A stretch of DNA of 64,000 nucleotides. Source: an uncultured Gammaproteobacteria bacterium. Its GTDB lineage: Bacteria > Patescibacteriota > Patescibacteriia > Magasanikbacterales > GWA2-37-8. Below, piece by piece: positions 1 to 9,663 of this stretch. Within the stretch, counting starts at the first letter, position 1; every line of letters starts with the position of its first letter. A program made the position numbers and the translations under genes. The notes under the pieces are model-generated. The model searched no databases. It saw nothing but the letters and a program-made list of their open reading frames with translations, and was not told where the DNA came from. Location of the stretch: the NCBI GenBank assembly GCA_964596525.1, contig CAZQUL010000001.1, positions 460,830-524,829 on the forward strand. Direction: 5' to 3'.

Positions 1-2806
1 GACTATCAAGAAAGATGCGGCGAGTAACATGGATGAAGGTCTTATCGAAGTCTATAAGCGCATCCGTCCTGGTGACTTGGCCACAGCCGACAACGCCAAG
101 AGTCTTATTTACGCCATGTTCTTCAATTTCGACCGCTACGACCTAAACCGCGTCGGTGTCTATAAATTCGCCACCAAATTCGACTTGCCGCTCACGAGCG
201 AAGATTACGATAAGAAAGAACACCGTGTACTCTCGCCCGAGAAACTCCTGGCCGTGCTCAAAGAAGTCGTGCGCCTCAACGTTTCGCAAGAAGAAGCTGA
301 CGACGTGGACCACCTCGGTAATCGCCGTGTGCGCGCCGTAGGCGAACTTGTGCAGAACCGCTTCCGCATCGGTTTGGCCCGCATGGAGCGCATCGTCAAA
401 GACCGCATGAGCACCCTTGAGATCGACGACGTAACCCCGAACAAACTCATCAACGCCCGCCCGGTGACGAGTGCGATCCGCGAGTTCTTCATGAGTTCGC
501 AGCTTAGTCAGTTCATGGACCAGATTAATCCGCTTGCCGAACTTGAGCATAAACGCCGTCTCTCGGCTCTTGGTCCGGGCGGTTTGGCTCGCGACCGCGC
601 CGGTTTTGAGGTGCGTGACGTGCATACCACCCACTATGGCCGCGTCTGTCCCATCGCCACTCCCGAAGGTCCGAACATCGGTTTGGTTAATCATTTGGCC
701 AGCTTTGCGCGTGTCAATGAATTCGGTTTTATTGAAACGCCCTACCGTAAAGTGCTGCGCGAAGTTGCGAACGATGCCAAACTTACCGAAGGCGAAACGC
801 TCCGCGGTGACGTAGAAGGTATTAAAGACGGCACCAAGATCACCAAAGACATCGCCGCCAAGCTTGCCAAAACCAAACTCGAAAGAATTCCGGTTCGTCC
901 GCGCCTCACGAGTGAAATCGTGTACTTGAACGCTTTCCGCGAAGAAAAAATGACGGCTGCCACAGCCACTACCCGTGTTGATGACAACGGCTACTTCCTT
1001 GAAGAAGTGGTTCCGGGCCGCATCAACGGCAAACCGGGCGTGGTCAAGACTATCGATCTTGATTATCTTGATGTCGCTTCGAGTCAGGTTGTGAGCGTGG
1101 CTACGTCGTGTATTCCATTCCTCGAACACGACGATGCTAACCGCGCCCTCATGGGTACGAACATGCAACGTCAAGCCGTGCCGTGCATCAAGCCGGAAAC
1201 TCCCTACGTCGGTACCGGCGTTGAGCGTGAAGCGGCCATGAATACCGGCCATATCATCGTTGCGCCCGAAGACGGCGAAATTACCGAAGTCGACAGCGCG
1301 CACGTGGTACTCAAAGGCAAAAGCGGCAAAGTCCACTCTTACATTTTCAACAAATTCATCCGTTCCAACGCGTCTACCTGTATTGACCAGCACCCGGCCG
1401 TCGTCATGGGCCAGAAAATCAAGAAAGGCGACTTCCTTTCTGATGGTCCTTCGATCCGCGAAGGCGAAATGGCACTTGGCCAGAATATGCTGGTCGCCTA
1501 CATGATTTGGGAAGGCTTTAACTACGAAGACGCCATCATCATTTCCGAACGCGTCATCCAACGTTCCGATTACTCGTCGGTTCACATCGAGGATTACACC
1601 ATCGACGTGTCCGAAACCAAGCTCGGACCCGAAGTCGTTACTTCCGATATCCCGAACGTCAGCGAAGAAAAACTCAAGAACCTCGATTCCGAAGGTATCA
1701 TCCGCATCGGTGCCGAAGTAAAATCAGGCGATATCCTCGTCGGTAAAATCACGCCCAAAGGCGAAACTGAACTCTCGGCTGAAGAGCGTTTGCTCCGTGC
1801 CATCTTCGGTGAAAAAGCCCGCGATGTGCGCGATTCGTCTTTGTATCTCGAGCACGGCGAACACGGTAAGGTTATCGGTGTGCGCATTTTCTCGGCTGAA
1901 AACGGCGACAAACTCGAACCGGGCGTCATTAAGCGCGTCCAAGTCACCGTCGCTGATTTGCGCAAACTCCAGGTGGGTGACAAAATGGCCGGCCGCCACG
2001 GTAACAAAGGCGTCGTGTCCAAAGTCGTTCCCTCCGAAGACATGCCGTTCCTTGAAGACGGTACGCCCATCGATATTGTGCTTTCCCCGCTCGGCGTTAT
2101 CTCGCGTATGAACCTGGGTCAGATTCTCGAAACGCATCTTGGTCTTGCGGCCAACGCCCTCGGCTACAAAGTCGCTACGTCCGTACTCAACGGCATGACC
2201 GAAGAACAGATCCGCGAAGAACTCACTCGCGCCGGCTTTCCGCATTCGGGTCAGGTACAGCTCTACGACGGCCGCACGGGCGAACCGTTTGAGCACGAAA
2301 CGACCGTTGGTTATAAATACATGCTCAAACTGAACCACATGGTGGAAGACAAGATCCACCAGCGCTCCATCGGTCCGTACTCCCTCATCACTCAGCAGCC
2401 GCTCGGTGGTAAGGCTCAGTTCGGTGGTCAGCGTTTCGGTGAAATGGAAGTCTGGGCTATAGAAGCGTACGGTGCTGCGCATACCTTGCAGGAAATCCTC
2501 ACCATCAAATCCGACGACGTGCCGGGCCGCTCCAAAGCCTACGAAGCGATCATCAAAGGCGAAGACGTTAAAAAAGTTAACATTCCGGAGTCGTTCAACG
2601 TGCTCGTGCGCGAACTCAAAGGTTTGGCGCTCGACGTAACGCTCCTCAAGAAAACCGAATCCGGCGAGTTCCGCCCGCTCGAAGAAGTGAAAGCCGAAGA
2701 AGAGCGCCGCAACCGCGAAGAGGCGGACACGCTCGCCTACGGCGGCGAATGGGGCAAGCAGCTGGAACGCCGCGAGGGTGAGGCTCCGTCCCAACCTCAA
2801 GAGTAA
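1..2806 (+). CDS. rpoB: DNA-directed RNA polymerase beta subunit (5'-truncated by window)
   Basis: Motifs DDVDHLGNRR, TPEGPNIGL, GDKMAGRHGNKG, GGQRFGEME; frame is open from the window start. Confidence 0.99.
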   Translation, partial: TIKKDAASNMDEGLIEVYKRIRPGDLATADNAKSLIYAMFFNFDRYDLNRVGVYKFATKFDLPLTSEDYDKKEHRVLSPEKLLAVLKEVVRLNVSQEEADDVDHLGNRRVRAVGELVQNRFRIGLARMERIVKDRMSTLEIDDVTPNKLINARPVTSAIREFFMSSQLSQFMDQINPLAELEHKRRLSALGPGGLARDRAGFEVRDVHTTHYGRVCPIATPEGPNIGLVNHLASFARVNEFGFIETPYRKVLREVANDAKLTEGETLRGDVEGIKDGTKITKDIAAKLAKTKLERIPVRPRLTSEIVYLNAFREEKMTAATATTRVDDNGYFLEEVVPGRINGKPGVVKTIDLDYLDVASSQVVSVATSCIPFLEHDDANRALMGTNMQRQAVPCIKPETPYVGTGVEREAAMNTGHIIVAPEDGEITEVDSAHVVLKGKSGKVHSYIFNKFIRSNASTCIDQHPAVVMGQKIKKGDFLSDGPSIREGEMALGQNMLVAYMIWEGFNYEDAIIISERVIQRSDYSSVHIEDYTIDVSETKLGPEVVTSDIPNVSEEKLKNLDSEGIIRIGAEVKSGDILVGKITPKGETELSAEERLLRAIFGEKARDVRDSSLYLEHGEHGKVIGVRIFSAENGDKLEPGVIKRVQVTVADLRKLQVGDKMAGRHGNKGVVSKVVPSEDMPFLEDGTPIDIVLSPLGVISRMNLGQILETHLGLAANALGYKVATSVLNGMTEEQIREELTRAGFPHSGQVQLYDGRTGEPFEHETTVGYKYMLKLNHMVEDKIHQRSIGPYSLITQQPLGGKAQFGGQRFGEMEVWAIEAYGAAHTLQEILTIKSDDVPGRSKAYEAIIKGEDVKKVNIPESFNVLVRELKGLALDVTLLKKTESGEFRPLEEVKAEEERRNREEADTLAYGGEWGKQLERREGEAPSQPQE

Positions 2807-2832
2807 TTCCTTAGCGCTTCTAACGAATTCCT

Positions 2833-5800
2833 ATGTTCCAACGCGATCAATTGCAAGCCATGGACTTCGACGCCATCCGCCTCAAACTGGCGAGCCCGGA
2901 TGTCATCAAAGGCTGGTCTTTTGGCAAAGTAGAAAAACCCGAAACCATCAATTACCGCACCCAGAAACCGGAACGCGGTGGCTTGTTCGCCGAAGAAATC
3001 TTCGGGCCGACCAAAGACTACGAATGCCACTGCGGCAAGTACAAGAAAATTCGTTACAAAGGCATCGTCTGTGATAAATGTGGCGTAGAAGTCACCTACG
3101 CGCTCGTTCGCCGTGAACGCATGGGCCATATCGAACTCGCGGCTCCGGTGTCGCATATCTGGTTCTTGCGTTCCGTACCATCCAAAATTGGTTTGGTACT
3201 CGATCTCTCGGCCATGTCGCTTGAAAAAGTGATGTATTTTGCATCCTTCATCATCACCCACGTCGACGAAGAAGCCAAAAAACAGACCTTCGAACTCTTG
3301 CGCCAGGAATTCAAGACCAAACGCAAACAGCTCGACAAAGAGCGCGAACAATCCATCGAACGCGCCAACGCATCCAAAACCTCGGCCGAAGAACTCGAGA
3401 ACGTGGCTAATGAATTCGACCGCAAAGTGAAAGCGCTTGAAACCGATTTCCAGGCCGCGGACAAAGAACTCAAAGAGCTCCAGGTCCTTAAAATTATTTC
3501 CGAAACCCGCTACCAGGAGTTGTCGCTCCGTTACGGCCATCTTTTTGAAGCTGGCATCGGCGCCGAAGCCATCCACAAACTCCTCTCGCGCGTTGATCTT
3601 GAAGCCACGATGCAGCAGCTCACTGACGAGCAGGAAAAATCCAAAGGCGCGCGCCTCGAAGCCATCGTTCGCCGCAAAAAACTCCTTAAGAGTTTGCATA
3701 AAAACGGGTTGCGTCCGGAATGGATGGTACTAACTGTCCTCCCGGTTATCCCGCCGGATCTGCGCCCGATGGTCGCGCTCGATGGCGGCCGCTTTGCTAC
3801 CTCCGATTTGAACGACCTTTACCGCCGCGTCATCAACCGCAATAACCGCCTCAAGCGCCTCATCGAACTCGATGCGCCGGAAGTCATCTGCCGCAACGAA
3901 AAACGCATGTTGCAAGAAGCCGTCGACGCCCTTATCGACAACAACGCCCGCCACTCCAAAACCGTCACCGCTTCGACCGGCCAGAAACGCCAGCTCCGCT
4001 CGCTCGCCGACATCCTTAAAGGTAAGCAGGGCCGTTTCCGCCAGAATCTTCTTGGTAAACGTGTCGACTACTCCGGCCGCTCGGTTATCGTCGTCGGTCC
4101 GCAGCTCAACATCGACGAGTGTGGTTTGCCAAAACGCATGGCGCTCGAGCTCTTCAAGCCGTTCATCATGAGCGACATCATCAAACGCGAACTCGCTCAC
4201 AATGTGCGCAGCGCGAGCCGCTTCATTGAAGCGGAAAGCGACGAAGTGTGGGACATCCTCGAAGAACTCACGAAGAAAACCCGCGTGCTTTTGAACCGCG
4301 CTCCGACGCTGCACCGCCTCGGTATCCAGGCCTTCCGCCCGCGCCTCATTGAAGGTAAGGCCATCCAGCTCCATCCGCTCACCTGTACGGCCTTTAACGC
4401 CGACTTCGACGGTGACCAGATGGCCGTGCACCTTCCGCTTTCCGCCGAGGCCCGCTGGGAAGCTGAAAACCTTATGGCCGCCGAGAAAAACCTCCTCAAA
4501 CCGGCTACGGGTTTGCCAGTCGTTACTCCGAAACAGGACGTCGTACTCGGTTGTTTTTACATGACGAGCTACAACGCCGAAGATACAGGCGATGTAAAGA
4601 AATTCTTCGCGTCCGAACAAGAAGCCAAGCTCGCGTACCGCAGCCGCCTCGTGACGCTCCGCCAGCGCGTCAAGATTTTGCTCTCCCCGGAAACGATGAA
4701 CAAGTTCCCCGAAGGAACGGATCGTTTGGTGGAAACGTCGGTTGGCCGCCTACTCTTCAACGAAATCGTACCGAGCAAAATGCCGTTCTACAACGAGCAG
4801 ATCGACGTGAAAAAACTTTCCAAGGTCATTAGCTTGCACCTCGAATTCTACGGCCAAGAAAAGACCGCCTTCTTCCTCGACGACCTCAAGAACCTCGGGT
4901 TCCGCTACGCCACCCGCTCGGGCTTTTCGCTTGGCATGGAAGACTTCCCGCGCATCGAAGCCAAACCCGAAATTCTCAAAGAAGCTGATAAAAAAGTAGA
5001 AGAAATCGAAGATCAGTATGCTAATGGTTTGCTCACCCAGGCCGAACGCCATGCTGCGATCATCGAAATCTGGACCGGCGCCAAAGATAAAGTCATTGCC
5101 GGTAACAAAACCATCCTCAACAAGAACGGTCCCGTGTATGCCATGATCGATTCGGGTGCCCGCGGTTCCTACGGTCAGCTTGGTCAGGTTATGGGTATGA
5201 AAGGTTTGGTACAGTCGCCGTCCGGTGAAATCATTGAAATGCCGATCAAAGGCAACTTCAAAGAAGGTTTCACGTCGCTTGAATATTTCATCTCTTCGCA
5301 CGGTACGCGTAAAGGTCTTTCCGATACGGCTCTTCGTACCGCCAACGCCGGGTACCTTACCCGCCGTTTGGTCGACGTATCGCAAGATGTCATCGTTGTT
5401 GAAGACGATTGCGGTGAGAACATCGGCGAAGTCTTTACTGTTGAGCAGAGTAAACAAATGGGTGAGAAACTTGCTGACCGCGTGTGGGGTCGCTACACTG
5501 CTTCGGCCCTTAAGCACGACGGCAAAACCATCTTGGAGAAAGGTGAAATTATCGACGACAAGATGGCTCGCGAACTCGACAAAATGGGCGTACAGTCCGT
5601 GCACGTGCGCAGCATCTTGCAGTGCCGTTTGCCCAAAGGCGTCTGCCGCAAGTGCTATGGTTTCGATCTCTCCAACAATAAACCGGCTGAAATGGGTACC
5701 GCTGTCGGCATTATCGCCGCGCAATCCATTGGTGAACCGGGTACACAGCTGACCCTTCGTACTTTCCACGCCGGTGGTGTTGCTGGTGGCGATATTACGC

Positions 5801-6759
5801 AAGGTTTGCCGCGTGTCGAAGAACTTCTTGAAGTGCGCGCTCCCAAACACCAAGCCTTTTTGGCTGGCGTGTCGGGTAAAGTGGAAATTGAAGATGCTGA
5901 AGGTCGTGTGGTTACCAACGAATCCGGCAAGAAGATTTTTGAGGGTCGCGGTGGTCAGAAGATCGTCAAGATCCACTTCGAGGGTCAGGATGAGTTTGCT
6001 GTCAAATTCAAGAAAGAAGACGAAGTATCGGTAAAAGACGGTGCTACCGTAGAAAAAGACCAGGTGCTCGTCGTACGCGGTTCGACCGGCGAAGAAGTGA
6101 AAGCTCCGTACGGCGGTACCGTGAAAGTCACTAAGAACCAGATCGCGTTGGCATACCAAGGCCCGCGCGTCCACGAACATCTTATTCCGCTTGGCTACAA
6201 GATCCTCGTCAAAAATGGCGATGTGGTAGAACGCGGGGATCGTCTGACGGACGGCAGTATCAGCCTCCACGAACTCCATGAATATAAAGGCCGACCGGCT
6301 GTGCAGCGCTACGTACTTGAAGAAGTACAGGCCATCTATTCGTCGCAGGGTCAAAAAGTAAACGACAAGCACGTTGAACTCATCATCCGCCAGATGTTTA
6401 GTCGTGTACTCGTCGAAGACGCCGGTGATACCGAACTTCTCCCGGGCGAAACCATCGAAAAAGCGCACTTCGAATTCAATAACCAGCAGATCAAGAAAAC
6501 GGGCGGCAAAGCAGCTACGGCTCGCGAAATGCTTCTGGGTGTAAGTAAGGTCGCGCTTACGACGCAGAGCTTCCTCTCGGCAGCGAGCTTCCAGGAAACC
6601 GCGCGCGTACTCATCAACAGCGCTTCGACCGGCAAGATCGACTACTTGGACGGCCTCAAGGAAAACGTCATTATCGGCCGCCTCATTCCGGTCGGCACTG
6701 GTTTCAATCAGGAGCAAGAGCTCGACATGAGCGTAAAGAAAGAAGAAACGACTGCGTAA
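2833..6759 (+). CDS. rpoC: DNA-directed RNA polymerase beta' subunit
   Basis: Catalytic NADFDGD, N-terminal Zn ribbon (CHCGKY..CDKC), AQSIGEPGTQLT; follows rpoB. Confidence 0.99.
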   Translation: MFQRDQLQAMDFDAIRLKLASPDVIKGWSFGKVEKPETINYRTQKPERGGLFAEEIFGPTKDYECHCGKYKKIRYKGIVCDKCGVEVTYALVRRERMGHIELAAPVSHIWFLRSVPSKIGLVLDLSAMSLEKVMYFASFIITHVDEEAKKQTFELLRQEFKTKRKQLDKEREQSIERANASKTSAEELENVANEFDRKVKALETDFQAADKELKELQVLKIISETRYQELSLRYGHLFEAGIGAEAIHKLLSRVDLEATMQQLTDEQEKSKGARLEAIVRRKKLLKSLHKNGLRPEWMVLTVLPVIPPDLRPMVALDGGRFATSDLNDLYRRVINRNNRLKRLIELDAPEVICRNEKRMLQEAVDALIDNNARHSKTVTASTGQKRQLRSLADILKGKQGRFRQNLLGKRVDYSGRSVIVVGPQLNIDECGLPKRMALELFKPFIMSDIIKRELAHNVRSASRFIEAESDEVWDILEELTKKTRVLLNRAPTLHRLGIQAFRPRLIEGKAIQLHPLTCTAFNADFDGDQMAVHLPLSAEARWEAENLMAAEKNLLKPATGLPVVTPKQDVVLGCFYMTSYNAEDTGDVKKFFASEQEAKLAYRSRLVTLRQRVKILLSPETMNKFPEGTDRLVETSVGRLLFNEIVPSKMPFYNEQIDVKKLSKVISLHLEFYGQEKTAFFLDDLKNLGFRYATRSGFSLGMEDFPRIEAKPEILKEADKKVEEIEDQYANGLLTQAERHAAIIEIWTGAKDKVIAGNKTILNKNGPVYAMIDSGARGSYGQLGQVMGMKGLVQSPSGEIIEMPIKGNFKEGFTSLEYFISSHGTRKGLSDTALRTANAGYLTRRLVDVSQDVIVVEDDCGENIGEVFTVEQSKQMGEKLADRVWGRYTASALKHDGKTILEKGEIIDDKMARELDKMGVQSVHVRSILQCRLPKGVCRKCYGFDLSNNKPAEMGTAVGIIAAQSIGEPGTQLTLRTFHAGGVAGGDITQGLPRVEELLEVRAPKHQAFLAGVSGKVEIEDAEGRVVTNESGKKIFEGRGGQKIVKIHFEGQDEFAVKFKKEDEVSVKDGATVEKDQVLVVRGSTGEEVKAPYGGTVKVTKNQIALAYQGPRVHEHLIPLGYKILVKNGDVVERGDRLTDGSISLHELHEYKGRPAVQRYVLEEVQAIYSSQGQKVNDKHVELIIRQMFSRVLVEDAGDTELLPGETIEKAHFEFNNQQIKKTGGKAATAREMLLGVSKVALTTQSFLSAASFQETARVLINSASTGKIDYLDGLKENVIIGRLIPVGTGFNQEQELDMSVKKEETTA

Positions 6760-6779
6760 AATTCATCGAATAGTTACGA

Positions 6780-6810
6780 CAAAACTCTCCTCTATCGCAG
6801 GAGAGTTTTG
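6780..6810 (+). terminator. intrinsic terminator after rpoC
   Basis: CAAAACTCTCCT-N7-AGGAGAGTTTTG inverted repeat. Confidence 0.8.
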
Positions 6811-6938
6811 TTATGCCTGGCTTTTTTGCGATCGCAAACCTCTAGATCTAAATCTAGTAGTTACCCCGAGTATATCTTGACGTATGTTAAAAAATATAGT
6901 ACCCAACTGGTGGTAGCCTGCTTGAAACTGAGGAGGGG

Positions 6939-7538
6939 ATGATGCTGGCCAAGAAAGTACTGTGTTTTGGACTGCTTTTTGCTTTCGGGTGTGCTGCACA
7001 GAGCAATGCACTTTCGCCGCGCGAGACCGGTAATATCCGAGATTTGCGGCTACCTGTGCATCTTGTTCACGCTCGTGCTGCATCATCGGACGAGTCGCGT
7101 GAAAATATTCCGGCGACCTGCGATGCGGCCGATGTCGTAATCGCCGCGCATATATTTGATACGCAGGTTAGGAGGCAATTTGAGGGCATCAACACGGATC
7201 TTTATGGGATGCGTGATGCCATTGCTGCACTCAAGCCGGAGGGAGAGAATGGCGCGTGCACCGGCGTTCTTCCGCTCCGCAGAGCGCTGACTGATCTTCG
7301 ATTACGCATGCAGGAGGCCGAAGCCGAGCTTTCTTTGCCGCGCCTGGTGTGCCACGTGGCAGTTCCGCGTCGACTCCTCAGCTGCCTCAAGGCCGATTAC
7401 AACCGGGCAATACGGGCGGCCAACAACACTTCATGCACGAACGCGGCGTTTTCCGAAGATATGACCTTTTCGGACCAAGAAGCACTCTGTTTGCTCGATA
7501 GTTATCCTCGTATTTTTGCCACCATGATCAGTGAATAA
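6939..7538 (+). CDS. hypothetical lipoprotein or secreted Cys-containing protein
   Basis: SD GAGGAGGGG; signal peptide with lipobox-like AFGC; several Cys. Confidence 0.7.
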   Translation: MMLAKKVLCFGLLFAFGCAAQSNALSPRETGNIRDLRLPVHLVHARAASSDESRENIPATCDAADVVIAAHIFDTQVRRQFEGINTDLYGMRDAIAALKPEGENGACTGVLPLRRALTDLRLRMQEAEAELSLPRLVCHVAVPRRLLSCLKADYNRAIRAANNTSCTNAAFSEDMTFSDQEALCLLDSYPRIFATMISE

Positions 7539-7613
7539 ACCGTACGCCGCCAGGGAACCCCGGGCGGCTTTGCATTTTAGACAGCGGAGTGTTACGCTCC
7601 CGGCCGAGGAGGG

Positions 7614-8948
7614 ATGCCGATGCCGCACAATATCCGTAGAAGTGAAAATACCTCATATCCGCCCGGTCCGACGGGAAATCTCATCTTCGGACATTTGTTC
7701 CAGATGCGCGAGTACGAAGATTTTTTCCGGCGCGGGTTTGCGCAGTTTCCCAAACTCTTTTCGCTGCGCCTCTTGCACCAACCGACGGTGGTGACAAATT
7801 TTCCACCGTACGTGCAAGAAATTTTGGTGAAGGCGCACCAGATATTTTTGCGGCCCAAGCGTGGTTTGGAGGTGCTTCATCCCATCCTCGGCGATTCGAT
7901 CGTGACAAGCGAGGGAGAGGTGTGGCGTTCGCAGCGCGAGGCCCTTAAACCCGGGTTCCAGCGCTCTTCGCTCGCCGGCCTCCATACGCTCATGGTGGCC
8001 GAAATCGAGCGTCTCATGGACCGATGGGAGGAATACGCGCACCGCAACGTAGCGGTCAATATGCCCGAGGAGATGAGTGCTTTGACCTTTGGGATCTTCG
8101 CTCGGACGCTTCTTGCCATGCCGAATGCCGGTCATCACGCCGGAGTTTTGGCACAGGCCTTCAAGTTCGTGTTTGAGCGGGTGTTTGAGGACTTTCACAG
8201 TCTCTTTATCGAACGCCGGCTGCCAACCGCGCGCAATCGATCGTTCCGACTTTCCAAGACGACTATCGACACCATCATCGATGATCTCTTGGTACAACGG
8301 GCGACGGCGCATTCTAAAGAGCGCTCCCTCATCGATATGCTGCTTGAGCATGGTTTTGCCGAGCGGACGGTGCGAGAGTTGCGCCAGGTGATCGTAACGC
8401 TGGTACTGGCCGGTTACGAAACCACAGCAAATACCCTGACGTGGCTCTGGTATTACGCCGCGCGCTATCCAGAATCGTGGAGCGCTTTACCGGTACTCTC
8501 GAGCGTCAAAAATCCAACCGATGATACAAGCGAAGCGGCTGAACGGTTCATTAACGAGACGCTTCGCCTGCGCACCCCGCTTGCACTCGTGGCGCGCCAG
8601 AGTATGCGTCCGTACGAGCTCGGTGGTTTTCAGCTTAAGCCCGGGACGCTCGTGCTTTTGCCCTTGCGTCTTATCCACCAGCATCCGGATTTTTGGATTG
8701 AACCGGATGCATTCGTCCCCGCACGCTTTACCCGCCCGATCGCGCCGGGTTCGTTCATGCCGTTTCTCCTCGGGCCGCACCGCTGCCTCGGAGCGCAGTT
8801 CGCGCTTGATGAGATGATCCTCACCGCGCTCATGGCCCGCGCGCGTGGTTTCTCTTTTCATCTCTTATCGCCCACCGAGCCGGTCATTGAGCCAGGCCCT
8901 TTTCATCGCCCTAAGCAGCTGTGGGTGAAGATCAAGCGTGGCGTCTAA
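7614..8948 (+). CDS. cytochrome P450
   Basis: PPGP hinge, I-helix AGYETT, ExxR (ETLR), PARF, heme-thiolate motif FLLGPHRCLG; SD GAGGAGG. Confidence 0.95.
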   Translation: MPMPHNIRRSENTSYPPGPTGNLIFGHLFQMREYEDFFRRGFAQFPKLFSLRLLHQPTVVTNFPPYVQEILVKAHQIFLRPKRGLEVLHPILGDSIVTSEGEVWRSQREALKPGFQRSSLAGLHTLMVAEIERLMDRWEEYAHRNVAVNMPEEMSALTFGIFARTLLAMPNAGHHAGVLAQAFKFVFERVFEDFHSLFIERRLPTARNRSFRLSKTTIDTIIDDLLVQRATAHSKERSLIDMLLEHGFAERTVRELRQVIVTLVLAGYETTANTLTWLWYYAARYPESWSALPVLSSVKNPTDDTSEAAERFINETLRLRTPLALVARQSMRPYELGGFQLKPGTLVLLPLRLIHQHPDFWIEPDAFVPARFTRPIAPGSFMPFLLGPHRCLGAQFALDEMILTALMARARGFSFHLLSPTEPVIEPGPFHRPKQLWVKIKRGV

Positions 8949-8964
8949 CGTTTAACGTCCTTGT

Positions 8965-8987
8965 GCCAGCTTTCCGGCTGGCTTTTT
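8965..8987 (+). terminator. intrinsic terminator after P450
   Basis: GCCAGC-N6-GCTGGC followed by T5. Confidence 0.7.
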
Positions 8988-9119
8988 AATAGGTTCTTTG
9001 GCGGCTTCTTTAAAACTTTAGTGCGAAAAACTTGACTCTACCTACGGTTTGTGCCAAGATAAGCCGTTGCCTTGGGTTACGAGACAGCCTTTTTAGTTCT
9101 TTCATTCGAGGAGGTTCCC

Positions 9120-9542
9120 ATGAACAGGATGAACAGGAAGAGTCTTGTTGAGGTTGTTGGGGCACTCTGGACCGGGGGCGCTGCGCTCTACGCCACGATT
9201 CAGGTGCCGTTCCGTGCCAGCCATCCGGGTCTCGACCAGGTAATTACCATCTCTCCGGGAGACGGGCGGTTGTTCCTCTGCGGCGAGCTCACCGCGGAAA
9301 ATGTCGACCTGATGAAACCCGCGGTGCGCGAAGTAGACGGGATGAAGCCTAACGAGCACATCACGTTCTACCCGGAAGAGATCTTCCACATGCTCCGCGA
9401 CCGGCAGAAGGTCGTGGTGTGCGGCTACACGAGCTCGCTGCGCACCGAGCGCGGATTCTTCGCGGTTCTCTGGTATGAAGAGCGCCACACGGAGCGCGGT
9501 GCTATCTTCGGTGGCAAGATCGAGGTCTATAAGCCCGTTTGA
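9120..9542 (+). CDS. hypothetical protein
   Basis: Start refined to the ATG after SD GAGGAGG; upstream TTGACT promoter-like site and downstream hairpin with T tract. Confidence 0.7.
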   Translation: MNRMNRKSLVEVVGALWTGGAALYATIQVPFRASHPGLDQVITISPGDGRLFLCGELTAENVDLMKPAVREVDGMKPNEHITFYPEEIFHMLRDRQKVVVCGYTSSLRTERGFFAVLWYEERHTERGAIFGGKIEVYKPV

Positions 9543-9663
9543 TAGGTGCCATCCAGATAATCCCACCGCCTGGTTCGTATGAATCGGGCGGTTTTTTGAA
9601 TGCTTCAGTTTTTAAGAAGTGCGTGGTACGATGAGGTAGCTTGAATTGTTGAATAGCGCGGTT

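Noticed and set aside
143-6717. Long antisense ORFs opposite rpoB/rpoC (also opposite groEL, gyrA, rpsA, ftsH and nusA)
   Set aside because: These are shadow ORFs produced by codon bias of highly expressed genes and show no protein motifs.
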